Shown here piece by piece: positions 28,967 through 37,641 of a stretch of DNA of 64,000 nt; position 1 is the first letter of the stretch, and each line of letters opens with the position of its first letter. The position numbers and the translations under genes were made by a program. The stretch covers positions 5,480-69,479 of the forward strand of contig JBPCIP010000069.1 in assembly GCA_051006195.1 (NCBI GenBank). The letters are read 5' to 3'. The notes under the pieces were generated by a model, which was given only the letters and a program-made list of their open reading frames with translations, was not told the origin of the DNA and made no database searches. The stretch comes from Pyrinomonadaceae bacterium. GTDB lineage: Bacteria; Acidobacteriota; Blastocatellia; Pyrinomonadales; Pyrinomonadaceae.

Positions 28967-31024
28967 ATGCCAATCGAAACGATTTTCCCACTTGCAGGTG
29001 CATGGCTCTGGAGCAATTACGGAAAGAGCCTTGCCGGTAAAGTCTTTGATGCAGGCAAGGAAAAATGGGACGAGTCGAAGTGGGAAACTGCCGCCAGAGC
29101 CTATCGCGCAAAAATCATCAAGCAATACGACTCGATGCAAATTATGGGCATGGTCAAGCCTGTGCCGCTCGATGACATTTTCACCGAGGCTTACATGCTG
29201 GATAAGCCCACCGCCTACGGGCGGTTCGACATCGAAGACTTGAAACAGAAGTCCGCCGCAGACCCGGATGCGCCGCCGCACGCGGAACGAATCAACGGAT
29301 TGAAACTGGTCAGGGATACAGGCAACCTCTTTATCCTGGGGAAGCCGGGCGCGGGTAAAACAACTTTCCTCAAATATATCGCCCTCAAAGCCGCCGAGCA
29401 GTTACTAGATAAAGTCCCGATCTTCATTTCGCTCAAACAATGGGCTGATTCCGGCGTAGAGTTGTTGCCCTTCATCGCAGGGCGTTTCGACATTTTCGAC
29501 TTTCCCGTAGCGCAGCCGTTTGTCGAGGAACTATTGAAATCGGGCGGCGCGATTGTGTTGTTCGACGGCCTTGATGAAGTCAATCAGGAGGACGGGCAAA
29601 GGGACAAGCAAACGCGCGCGATGAACAATTTCATCGAGAAGTATGACCGGACGCAATGCCTCATCACCTGCCGCATCGCCGCCAGCGATTATTCCTTCGA
29701 GCCATTCGCTTACGTCGAGATCGCCGACTTCACCGAAGCGCAGATTCACACGTTTGTCCGCAACTGGTTTCGTAAAGGGGGGAAGAAAGACGAAGAAACC
29801 AGCGCTAAATTTCTGTCTGAGTTTGCGAGGGACGACAACAAAGGCTTGCGCGATCTGGCGCGCACGCCGCTGCTTTTGACGTTGCTGTGTCTGGCCTTCA
29901 ACGAGACGCTGACCATTCCGCCGCGACGGGTTGAAATTTACGAGGAAGCGTTGGACGCACTGTTGAAGAAATGGGACTCGTCACGAAGGATTAAGCGCGA
30001 CGAAGTTTATCGCAAGCTGTCGCTGGGTCATAAAGAGAACATGCTGGCGAGTATCGCGGCGGAGACGTTTGAACGAAACGAATATTTCATCCCGCAGGCG
30101 GAACTGGAAAGACGCATCACGGCTTACGTCAGGAACGTGCCGCCGCACGACGCGAACGAAGCGACCGACGGAGAAGCGATTCTCAAAGCGATTGAGGCGC
30201 AACACGGCATTTTCGTAGAGCGCGCCCGCGCGGTGTATTCCTTTTCGCACCTGACTTTTCAGGAATACTTTACGGCGAAGTATATTGTTGCTAATGCGTC
30301 CAAAGGCACGTTGACGAATCTGGTCAAAGAGCATTGCGCGGACGGGCGTTGGCGTGAAGTGTTCCTGTTGACGACAAGTTTGTTGCCGGATGCCAGCCAT
30401 TTTATGACGGCCTTCCGGCGCAGCGTGGATAATTTTCTCGAAGAGGATGAAAAGCTGCGGGAATTGTTGGCTTGGGCGGATAACAAATCGGCTTCAATTC
30501 AAGCTGATCCCTGGTTAGTGAGACCGTACTATTTGTACATAGAGATTTACTATCGAAGCCGAAACCGCGCCCTCGCCCTCGACCGCGCCCTCGCCCTCGA
30601 CCTCGCCCTCGACCGCGCCCTCGCCCTCGACCTCGCCCTCGACCTCGCCCTCGCCCGCGCCCTCGACCTCGCCCGCGCCCTCGACCTCGCCCGCGACCTC
30701 GCCCTCGCCCGCGCCCGCGACTTGGGATTGAACGAGTTTGCAAAAGAATTAGCCGCGCTCTCGTTACCAACCGACACCTCTCCTACCGCAGAGTGGCAGG
30801 TGTTCGCGGATAAATTGCGAGCCTTGATGATCAAGCACAGGGACATCGGGCATGATTGGAATTTAACCGATCCACAGGAAGCGCGATTGGCTGATTACCT
30901 CAACGCCACGCGCTTGCTGCAAGATTGTTTGGAGTTGGCTGTGATCTCGCCGGATGAAAAGAAGGCGATGCTAAACAGTTTGTATTTGCCACCGGCTCAG
31001 GCAGAGGATGGGCAAAATGCCTGA
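28967..31024 (+). CDS. NACHT-domain STAND NTPase with a C-terminal [A/D][L/R] dipeptide-repeat tract
   Basis: Walker A ILGKPGAGKTTFLKYIAL, Walker B IVLFDGLDEV, and downstream TPLLLTLLCLAF and FSHLTFQEYFTAKYI typical of NACHT modules. A short ~35-aa hydrophobic/amphipathic N-terminus precedes the NTPase. Confidence 0.85.
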   Translation: MPIETIFPLAGAWLWSNYGKSLAGKVFDAGKEKWDESKWETAARAYRAKIIKQYDSMQIMGMVKPVPLDDIFTEAYMLDKPTAYGRFDIEDLKQKSAADPDAPPHAERINGLKLVRDTGNLFILGKPGAGKTTFLKYIALKAAEQLLDKVPIFISLKQWADSGVELLPFIAGRFDIFDFPVAQPFVEELLKSGGAIVLFDGLDEVNQEDGQRDKQTRAMNNFIEKYDRTQCLITCRIAASDYSFEPFAYVEIADFTEAQIHTFVRNWFRKGGKKDEETSAKFLSEFARDDNKGLRDLARTPLLLTLLCLAFNETLTIPPRRVEIYEEALDALLKKWDSSRRIKRDEVYRKLSLGHKENMLASIAAETFERNEYFIPQAELERRITAYVRNVPPHDANEATDGEAILKAIEAQHGIFVERARAVYSFSHLTFQEYFTAKYIVANASKGTLTNLVKEHCADGRWREVFLLTTSLLPDASHFMTAFRRSVDNFLEEDEKLRELLAWADNKSASIQADPWLVRPYYLYIEIYYRSRNRALALDRALALDLALDRALALDLALDLALARALDLARALDLARDLALARARDLGLNEFAKELAALSLPTDTSPTAEWQVFADKLRALMIKHRDIGHDWNLTDPQEARLADYLNATRLLQDCLELAVISPDEKKAMLNSLYLPPAQAEDGQNA
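30565..30726 (+). repeat. Hexanucleotide (G[AC]CC[TG]C) tandem repeat inside the NACHT gene
   Basis: About 27 units encode RALALDRALALDLALDRALALDLALDLALARALDLARALDLARDLALARARDL. All six frames are open here, which produces the artefactual GRGRGR/ARARSR minus-strand ORFs. Confidence 0.9.
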
Positions 31025-31029
31025 GGCGG

Positions 31030-31458
31030 ATGATGATTGAAGTCGTCAACCGTCAGCGCAAGCTGCCGCTTGATTGCGAATGCTGGGAAGCGTTTGCGGC
31101 GAAAGCGTTGAAAGTTGCTCCTGCTCGCGGCGTGGGCGTGACCGTCGCGTTCGTGTCAGACCGCGCGATGCGGGAACTCAATTGGCGTTGGCGCGGCAAG
31201 CGCGGGACGACCGATGTGTTGTCGTTTCCGGCGGAGCAGGCGGAGTTTGAAAAGTTGACGGGGGCGACGCTCGGCGATGTGGTAATTTCGGTCGAGCGGG
31301 CGGAGAAACAGGCAGCAGAGCATAATTTGAGTTTTGAGAGGGAAGTGGAACAATTGATCTTGCACGGCGTGCTCCACCTGTGCGGGCACGATCACGAAAC
31401 TGATGACGGCGAAATGAACGCGCTCGAACTGCGCTTGCGCCGTCGTCTTGGAATATAA
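31030..31458 (+). CDS. ybeY: rRNA maturation endoribonuclease YbeY
   Basis: HGVLHLCGHDHE zinc motif, 142 aa. Confidence 0.95.
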   Translation: MMIEVVNRQRKLPLDCECWEAFAAKALKVAPARGVGVTVAFVSDRAMRELNWRWRGKRGTTDVLSFPAEQAEFEKLTGATLGDVVISVERAEKQAAEHNLSFEREVEQLILHGVLHLCGHDHETDDGEMNALELRLRRRLGI

Positions 31459-31477
31459 TGAAGAGTAATCAATAGTA

Positions 31478-31546
31478 AGTAGTCAGCAGCCAGTAGAAAA
31501 GCGGTGTTTTTCCTGTCTGGCTAGCGGCTACTGGCTACTGACTACT
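31478..31546. repeat. Heptamer-based palindrome (AGTnAGn type) between ybeY and corC-like
   Basis: agtagtcagcagccagtag (31478-31496) pairs with ctactggctactgactact (31528-31546), 1 mismatch, 31-nt loop. Confidence 0.85.
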
Positions 31547-31553
31547 GACCGTT

Positions 31554-32876
31554 ATGGAAATTGAGATAGGGATCACTGGTTTGCTGCTCGTCGCGCTGGC
31601 GTTTCTGGCGTCGATTGATATGGCGTTCGGCGAGTTGAGCGATGTCGGGCTGCGCCGTTTGATCGGGGAGGCGGAGGACGAACGCCCGACCGCCGCGACG
31701 ACTTTTCTCAGCGAGATACTGGAAAGCCGTTCGCGTTTTCGCTTTACGCTCGCCGTCTCCATCCTGCTCTTAGTCGTCACGATCTCCGTCCTCGTCACCT
31801 CCATCATCTCTCAATTGATTTATCGCGCGCCGCAGGCGCAAGCGTTTCCTTATCCCGGCTTTCTCCTGTTGGCCGCCGCCGCCAGCGTCACGCTGACGGG
31901 ACTCGCGCGCCAGATCATTCCGCGCTTCATCGCTTCGAGCAACCCGGAGGCGACGCTGGTTCGCCTGTTGCCCATCCTGCGCCCTTTCTATCGCACGCTC
32001 TCGGTCGTCGCTTTTTCGTGGCACAGGTCGTTTGACCGCCCGCGTCGCAGCGAGCATGTGACCGAGATCGGCGCGGCGGAGGATGAAGACGATAACGGCG
32101 ACGACTTGCAGGCGTTGATCGATGTGGGCGAAGAGGAGGGCATTCTCGAAGAAGAAGAGGGCGAACTGATCCACTCGATCATCGAGTTTGGCGACACGCG
32201 CGTCAGCGAAGTGATGACGCCGCGCACGGAGATTGCCGCCATCCCGATCACTTCGACGGTGCGCGAGGTGCGCGACCGCGTCGTTGAATCGAAATATTCG
32301 CGCCTGCCCGTCTATCGCGATCAAATCGACAACATCGAAGGCATCATCTACGTGCGCGATCTGCTGCAATGCTGGGTGGAGGGGCGCGAGGATGATTCGA
32401 TCCAATCGCTCATTCGGCCTACGCTGTTCGTGCCAGCGACGAAGCCCGTCGCCGAACTGCTTGAAGAGATGCAAAAGAAGCACGCGCAACTCGCAATGGT
32501 GATCGATGAATATGGCGGCGTTGCGGGACTGGCGACGGTCGAAGATATACTGGAAGAGATCGTCGGGGAGATCGAAGACGAAGATACCGGCCTTGAAGAA
32601 GTCGTCGAGATCGTCGAAGCGAGCGACGGTTATTACGATGTGCTCGGTTCAACCGAAGTGGACAAGATCGAACGACTCTTCGAGTTTGAGTTTGAGGAAG
32701 ACGACGACGTGACAACCATCGCCGGTCTCGTCATCGGCGAACTCGGCTATGTGCCGCGTCCCGGAGAGCATCTCAGCTTTCGCGGCCTCGACGTGGAAGT
32801 GCTGGAAGCGGACGAGCGGCGCATCAATCGCCTGCGCCTGCGCCGCGTGGCAGCAAAGGCGGCGGAAGTAGAATAA
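31554..32876 (+). CDS. CNNM/CorC-HlyC family protein (DUF21 TM domain + CBS pair + CorC_HlyC)
   Basis: 440 aa, N-terminal TM domain, CBS-pair region (VSEVMTPRTEI...), C-terminal transporter-associated domain. Classical phoH-ybeY-corC neighbourhood. Confidence 0.85.
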   Translation: MEIEIGITGLLLVALAFLASIDMAFGELSDVGLRRLIGEAEDERPTAATTFLSEILESRSRFRFTLAVSILLLVVTISVLVTSIISQLIYRAPQAQAFPYPGFLLLAAAASVTLTGLARQIIPRFIASSNPEATLVRLLPILRPFYRTLSVVAFSWHRSFDRPRRSEHVTEIGAAEDEDDNGDDLQALIDVGEEEGILEEEEGELIHSIIEFGDTRVSEVMTPRTEIAAIPITSTVREVRDRVVESKYSRLPVYRDQIDNIEGIIYVRDLLQCWVEGREDDSIQSLIRPTLFVPATKPVAELLEEMQKKHAQLAMVIDEYGGVAGLATVEDILEEIVGEIEDEDTGLEEVVEIVEASDGYYDVLGSTEVDKIERLFEFEFEEDDDVTTIAGLVIGELGYVPRPGEHLSFRGLDVEVLEADERRINRLRLRRVAAKAAEVE

Positions 32877-32970
32877 AGTTAAACAAAAACGTTTGACCGC
32901 GAGGCGCGCAGTGATGAAATAAGAGTTGCTTAACTTTCATCATTCCGCGTCCTTCGTTTATATTGTCGGC

Positions 32971-34107
32971 ATGGCGAAAAAGAAGAGTAAGTACCTGCGC
33001 GGGCGGCGCATTGACCCGAAGCCCATCACGGCTGAGATCGCGCTCGCGGACTTGATTGATGAAACTTTTCTGGCTTACAACGCGGCGCGACTGCGCGAGG
33101 CGTGCCAGTTGTTCACGCAGAAGATGTTGGAGCCGGACGTAACGGTGGGCGTCTCGATCACGGGCGCACTCACGCCCGCCGGATTGGGCATCTCCGCCTT
33201 GATCCCCCTGATGCGCGCGGGCTTCATCGACTGGATCATCACCACCGGCGCGAACCTCTATCACGACACGCATTTCGGCATCGGCCTCTCGCTTCATCAA
33301 GGCAACACGAGCGTCTCCGACATCACGCTGCGCGAAGAAGAAGTGGTGCGCATCTACGACATCTTCTTCGATTATTCGGTGCTGCTCGACACCGATGAGT
33401 TCTTTCGTCGCATCATCGAAGGCGAAGAATTTCAAAGGCCGATGTCCACGGCGGAATTTCATCACCTCTGCGGTCGCTATGTGCGCGAGCGCGAGCTAAA
33501 ACTCGGACTCGAATACAAGTCGCTCCTGGCTGCTGCCTACGAGTTCGGCGTGCCGCTCTACACTTCTTCGCCCGGCGATTCGAGCATCGGCATGAACGTG
33601 GCGGCGAAGGCTTTGCAGGGCAATAAACTGGCCTTCGACCCGTCGCTCGACGTGAACGAAACCGCCTCGATCGTGCTGGCCGCCAAGCGCGGCGCGATTC
33701 ATGGCAAAGGCGACCGTGGGCGCAAGCACGGCGGGCGAAGCGCGGTCTTCATCCTCGGCGGCGGCTCGCCCAAAAATTTCCTGCTCCAAACCGAGCCGCA
33801 GATACAGGAAGTGCTCGGCATCGACGAACGCGGCCACGACTTCTTTTTACAAATCACGGACGCCCGACCCGACACGGGAGGCCTCTCCGGCGCGACGCCC
33901 GGCGAAGCGGTCTCGTGGGGGAAAGTTGACCCGGAACGTTTGCCGGACGCCGTTGTGTGCTATGTTGATGCGACCGTGGCCCTGCCGTTGCTGACGGCTT
34001 ATGCATTAGCGCGACACGAACCGCGCGAGTTGAAACGTCTGTATGAACGGCGCGGCGAGTTGATGAATCTGCTGCTGTCGGAATATGAAAAATCCGAGAG
34101 ACGATAA
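32971..34107 (+). CDS. Deoxyhypusine synthase-like (DHS family) protein
   Basis: [11 protein letters not shown]...[14 protein letters not shown]...[15 protein letters not shown] is the DHS-family NAD-binding pattern. Confidence 0.75.
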   Translation: MAKKKSKYLRGRRIDPKPITAEIALADLIDETFLAYNAARLREACQLFTQKMLEPDVTVGVSITGALTPAGLGISALIPLMRAGFIDWIITTGANLYHDTHFGIGLSLHQGNTSVSDITLREEEVVRIYDIFFDYSVLLDTDEFFRRIIEGEEFQRPMSTAEFHHLCGRYVRERELKLGLEYKSLLAAAYEFGVPLYTSSPGDSSIGMNVAAKALQGNKLAFDPSLDVNETASIVLAAKRGAIHGKGDRGRKHGGRSAVFILGGGSPKNFLLQTEPQIQEVLGIDERGHDFFLQITDARPDTGGLSGATPGEAVSWGKVDPERLPDAVVCYVDATVALPLLTAYALARHEPRELKRLYERRGELMNLLLSEYEKSERR

Positions 34108-34113
34108 AAGCAG

Positions 34114-34183
34114 TGACGAGTGACAGGTGACAAGATTGAAGCAATGCTGTTCTGACCCGTTACTTGTCACCTGTCACTCGTCA
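34114..34183. repeat. Heptamer-based palindrome (GTGACnn type), perfect 21-bp stem
   Basis: tgacgagtgacaggtgacaag (34114-34134) pairs with cttgtcacctgtcactcgtca (34163-34183), 28-nt loop. Confidence 0.9.
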
Positions 34184-34199
34184 TTTCTGAAGAGAAATC

Positions 34200-34676
34200 A
34201 TGGGGAAGAAGATCACTGATGACCAGCCGCGCGTTTATTTCGATTGCTCGAAATGTCCGGCGTTCTGCTGCGGGCTGTATGAGCGGATTCAAGTGACCAA
34301 ACGCGATCTGAATCGACTGGCGAAACACTTCGGGGTGTCGGTCGAGACGGCGACGAAGCGTTATACGAAGATGTGGGACGGGAAGGAGCGCGTGCTTAAG
34401 CGCACGCCCGACCCCATCCTGGGGACGGCCTGCCAGTTTCTCGATCATGAGACGCGTGGTTGCACGATCTACCACGCCCGCCCACAGGTATGTCGCGAAT
34501 ATCCGGATCGCGTGCGTTGCGTCTACTATGACGTGCTGCAATTCGAGCGGCGACAGCAGGACGATCAGAGCGTGCTGCCTCTTTTTCAAATCACCTTCCG
34601 CGAAGTGGAAGAGAAGGTAGTCACAGACGACGACGGCAGCGAAAAAATCTTGGAATGGAAAACTAAGAAACGGTGA
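34200..34676 (+). CDS. YkgJ-family cysteine-cluster protein (CxxCxxCC, UPF0153)
   Basis: FDCSKCPAFCCGLYERIQV plus later Cys residues (GCTIYHARPQVCREYP). Confidence 0.8.
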   Translation: MGKKITDDQPRVYFDCSKCPAFCCGLYERIQVTKRDLNRLAKHFGVSVETATKRYTKMWDGKERVLKRTPDPILGTACQFLDHETRGCTIYHARPQVCREYPDRVRCVYYDVLQFERRQQDDQSVLPLFQITFREVEEKVVTDDDGSEKILEWKTKKR

Positions 34677-34730
34677 GTGGTAAATGGTGAATGGACAAAG
34701 CCTGTCCTCACCATTTACCACTCACCGTTT
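34668..34730 (+). terminator. Heptamer-based (GGTnAnT) hairpin, 23-bp perfect stem plus inner 5-bp stem, then a T-run
   Basis: aaacggtgagtggtaaatggtga (34668-34690) pairs with tcaccatttaccactcaccgttt (34708-34730). The ykgJ-like stop codon is the TGA of the first heptamer. Confidence 0.85.
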
Positions 34731-34762
34731 TCTATTCACCAGTGTGGAGGCGTGTGAAGAAG

Positions 34763-34987
34763 ATGCAGGATTTATTGGCGAAGATAGTCGGCCAGCGCAT
34801 CGATGTTTTTTGTGGTGGCGCGTCGAGTTTGCGCGGCGAAGTGGTGAAGGTCGAAGGTGGAGTGTTGCACCTGAAGGATACGGAAGGCACAGTGTGTTAC
34901 GTGGCGACGGAGAAGATCATCGCGGTTTGGGAAACGCCTGAAGAGAACGAGCACCGCGCGGGCTTCATCGCGGGCACACCGAAGTAG
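34763..34987 (+). CDS. Hypothetical small protein (74 aa, possibly Sm/SH3-like)
   Basis: MQDLLAKIVGQRIDVFCGGASSLRGEVVKVEGGVLHLKDTEGTVCYVATEKIIAVWE. Start chosen downstream of the hairpin. Confidence 0.5.
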   Translation: MQDLLAKIVGQRIDVFCGGASSLRGEVVKVEGGVLHLKDTEGTVCYVATEKIIAVWETPEENEHRAGFIAGTPK

Positions 34988-35022
34988 CCGAGACCGCGCC
35001 GCAATATCGATAGCACAAAATT

Positions 35023-35060
35023 AACAGGCCGACGCTTGAGATTCGTCAAGCGTCGGCCTG
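35023..35060. terminator. Bidirectional terminator hairpin between convergent genes
   Basis: acaggccgacgcttga-gattcg-tcaagcgtcggcctgt, a perfect 16-bp stem. Confidence 0.8.
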
Positions 35061-35082
35061 TCGTCTTTATAAGAACGTCGAA

Positions 35083-35691
35083 TTAGTCGGCCAGAGTCGA
35101 GACGGGGAGCGGCACGCGGCGGTATCCGGTGATGCGGCTCGTCCAGTATTCGTTGAACGGCGAATAGGTGACGCCCTGGCTCGTCGAGGCGTGATAAAAA
35201 CCGTTGGCGTCGGCGACGATGCCGACGTGCTTGAGATTGTTGAAGAAGACGAGCGTGCCGAACTGGCGCTTCTCATCCTCGCTCACGGGGGCGAAACTCG
35301 ACCAGAAGCCGCGCGCGCTGCCACGCTCGAAGTTCACTCCGGCTGATTGAAAGACGCTCCAGACGAAACCGGAGCAATCGAACACGCGCGGTCCCGAACT
35401 GCCGTAGACATAGGGCGAACCGATGCGGGTATCAATCGCAGCCATCATCATCTGATTGAACTCGAACAGGCGCGGCGCGATGAGTCTGGGTTTGAAGATT
35501 TCAGGCGCGGGACTTGCAGCTTCGGAGACGAGAAAAACATCGTTCTCCAAACGATTCGAGCCATCGGGTTGAGTTGCCTGAGTAACCTGCCGGGGGCGGG
35601 ATGAATCAATTTGTGCTACTGCACTGGCGGCAAACAGGAAGAGAGCAATACACGCGAGCAGCGTGCGGGGAAACAAATTTTTAACAGACAT
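35083..35691 (-). CDS. NlpC/P60 (C40) family cell-wall peptidase, secreted
   Basis: Signal peptide, then GSPYVYGSSGPRVFDCSGFVWSVF with the catalytic Cys, and a later His. Confidence 0.85.
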   Translation of the reverse strand: MSVKNLFPRTLLACIALFLFAASAVAQIDSSRPRQVTQATQPDGSNRLENDVFLVSEAASPAPEIFKPRLIAPRLFEFNQMMMAAIDTRIGSPYVYGSSGPRVFDCSGFVWSVFQSAGVNFERGSARGFWSSFAPVSEDEKRQFGTLVFFNNLKHVGIVADANGFYHASTSQGVTYSPFNEYWTSRITGYRRVPLPVSTLAD

Positions 35692-36021
35692 AGAGAGGGG
35701 CGCGTCATGCTCCTTAATTCAAAATCACAAATTGCTTTTGGGAACTTCTAAGGGTAAGAAGGTGTGCTGCATTTTGTGCAGCAAAAACATCTTACAGACG
35801 TAACCGGAATCCAACAAGAGGCAATGTGACTGTTTTGTGACAGGGCATAAAGGCAAATCGACCAGTGAACCGAAACTAACCACAAGACAACATACGAATT
35901 GAATCAACTTGAACGAAATATAGAGAGTTAGTACGCCGCCTGGCTAAATAATAGATGCATTTACGCGGTTTGCCTCAAAGAAGCTGAATGATTTCATGTG
36001 CGTTCATGTTAGCATGCGCCA

Positions 36022-37479
36022 TTGGATGAGGATGGGGAGTTGATGTTATTCATCGAAAGCAACAGTCTCGATTACTTGATAGACGGTGCGACGCGCACGT
36101 TTTTGCTGGAGCAATTGCAGGAGCGGGGATACATGCCGTTGATTCGCTCGGCGCGTTTGCATTTGTATGAGTTGGCATCGATGGGGGCGGAGGATCGTGC
36201 GCGTGGGATGGAGCGGGCGGTGGCGGCGCGGGTGGATGGCGCGGGCGATCCTCCTTACGTGCGCGGCGACCTTTTCTGCGTGGAAGACTACGCGCACTTC
36301 CTGCTCTTTAGCGATTCGATGGGCACGGGCGACGCAGTGCGCGCCGGGATCATTTACGCAGGGGAGATGCCGGAATCGTCCGAAAAGCTGGATGCTTTTT
36401 GTCGCAGCATAAGCGAAGCCATCGAAACGGCGCGCGGCGGCGTAAACGGTGCGGGGAACGGCGTTAATAGTCCGCCTGTGCCGTTCACAGTCGGGTGGCA
36501 AAGGCGCGAGCGGGGCGCGTCCGAGAGTTTTCAACGCTTCGCGGCGACAGCAGCAGAAGAAGCGTCGCCCGCCAACATGCGCGGCGAGATGAATGAGGGC
36601 TGGCTGAGAACGGCGGGGATGCTCGAAGACGCGCAGGCGCGCCGGTTTTTGCGCCGTCTCAGCGAGGCTCATCGGGAAGGGCGCGGTTTGTCGCTCACCG
36701 CAGGTGATGAAAGCGTGTCGGAAGCGTTGCTCAACAAACTGGCGGAAGCGAATTTGTTGAAGCGCGAGATTCTGGTCAGTTGCCGCAAAGACGGGCGCGC
36801 ACTATTTCGTTTGCCGTCGCCCGACGCCTTCTCCGTTCTAAGCGGGAGCAACGCCATCTGTAGCGAATGCGGCGCGGCCATCGCCGACGAGAAGGCCGAA
36901 GAGATCACTGTGCCGACCCCTCTGACCACAACTCTCCTGCAAGACGGCGCGTGGCTCGCCACGCACCTGCGCGCCATCCTCTCCGATCTCGGCGTGCCCG
37001 ACAAACAGATCGTCTCGCCGATTATGTCCGGCGACGGCGAGGTGCGCCTGCTGGCAAACGTCTGCGGCGAGGCGTTTCTCTTCCTCATGCACGACGGCGA
37101 CTGGACGATGGCGCAAGCCCGCCGCGCGCTCGACGAACACGGTAAAATCGGAAGTCCTCATCTCGTCCTGATTGCGACGGGACAAATTCAAGCCGAAGCG
37201 CGGCAACGCCTGCGCGAACACGCGCGGCGGCGCGCACAGCAGGGCGGGCAGGAACTTGAATTAATTCTCATTGAAGGCGTTGACGCGGTGGCTGCCGAAC
37301 TGCAACCAGCCTTCGAGCGCGTCTCGGCCAAAGTGATTTCAGAAGAGTTGTGGGAACTCGATACGAGCCTCGGCATGAGCGCCGGGCAGTTGCTTGCCAC
37401 GCGCTTTCGCTTGCTGCAACGACCCGGCGCGCGCTCCGGCAGCATCGACGGTAGTCTCCCTGTCGAGCAGCCGGCTTGA
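36022..37479 (+). CDS. Hypothetical protein (485 aa)
   Basis: Long ORF with coding-like composition after a 330-bp GC-poor spacer. A possible winged-helix-like stretch, one CSECG motif, and a C-terminal alpha/beta region. No family recognised. The start is uncertain (TTG 36022 or ATG 36043). Confidence 0.55.
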   Translation: MDEDGELMLFIESNSLDYLIDGATRTFLLEQLQERGYMPLIRSARLHLYELASMGAEDRARGMERAVAARVDGAGDPPYVRGDLFCVEDYAHFLLFSDSMGTGDAVRAGIIYAGEMPESSEKLDAFCRSISEAIETARGGVNGAGNGVNSPPVPFTVGWQRRERGASESFQRFAATAAEEASPANMRGEMNEGWLRTAGMLEDAQARRFLRRLSEAHREGRGLSLTAGDESVSEALLNKLAEANLLKREILVSCRKDGRALFRLPSPDAFSVLSGSNAICSECGAAIADEKAEEITVPTPLTTTLLQDGAWLATHLRAILSDLGVPDKQIVSPIMSGDGEVRLLANVCGEAFLFLMHDGDWTMAQARRALDEHGKIGSPHLVLIATGQIQAEARQRLREHARRRAQQGGQELELILIEGVDAVAAELQPAFERVSAKVISEELWELDTSLGMSAGQLLATRFRLLQRPGARSGSIDGSLPVEQPA

Positions 37480-37492
37480 GTTCTAAGCGGAT

Positions 37493-37548
37493 AAGTTTCA
37501 GGCCGCAAGTTTTGAGCAAAGAACTTGAAAGCAGAAACTTGAAATTCG
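37493..37548. repeat. 14-nt-period direct plus inverted repeat tract
   Basis: aagtttcaggccgc aagttttgagcaaa | gaacttgaaagcag aaacttgaaattcg. caagttt/aaacttg and aagtttc/gaaactt can pair. Confidence 0.65.
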
Positions 37549-37641
37549 ATCAGCAGTTGACAACCGTTAGCCTCGCAAGCGAATCTTAGGACAAGTCCGC
37601 TCCCATCGGACCCGCCACCACGCGAAGGGTTTTACGGAAAA

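Noticed and set aside
30402-30846. The regular short repeats and the GRGRGR.../ARARSR... ORFs on the minus strand looked at first like a CRISPR-like array or Arg-rich proteins.
   Set aside because: The unit is only 6 nt with no spacers. The tract lies in frame inside the + strand NACHT CDS. The minus-strand ORFs are by-products of a repeat that is open in all frames.
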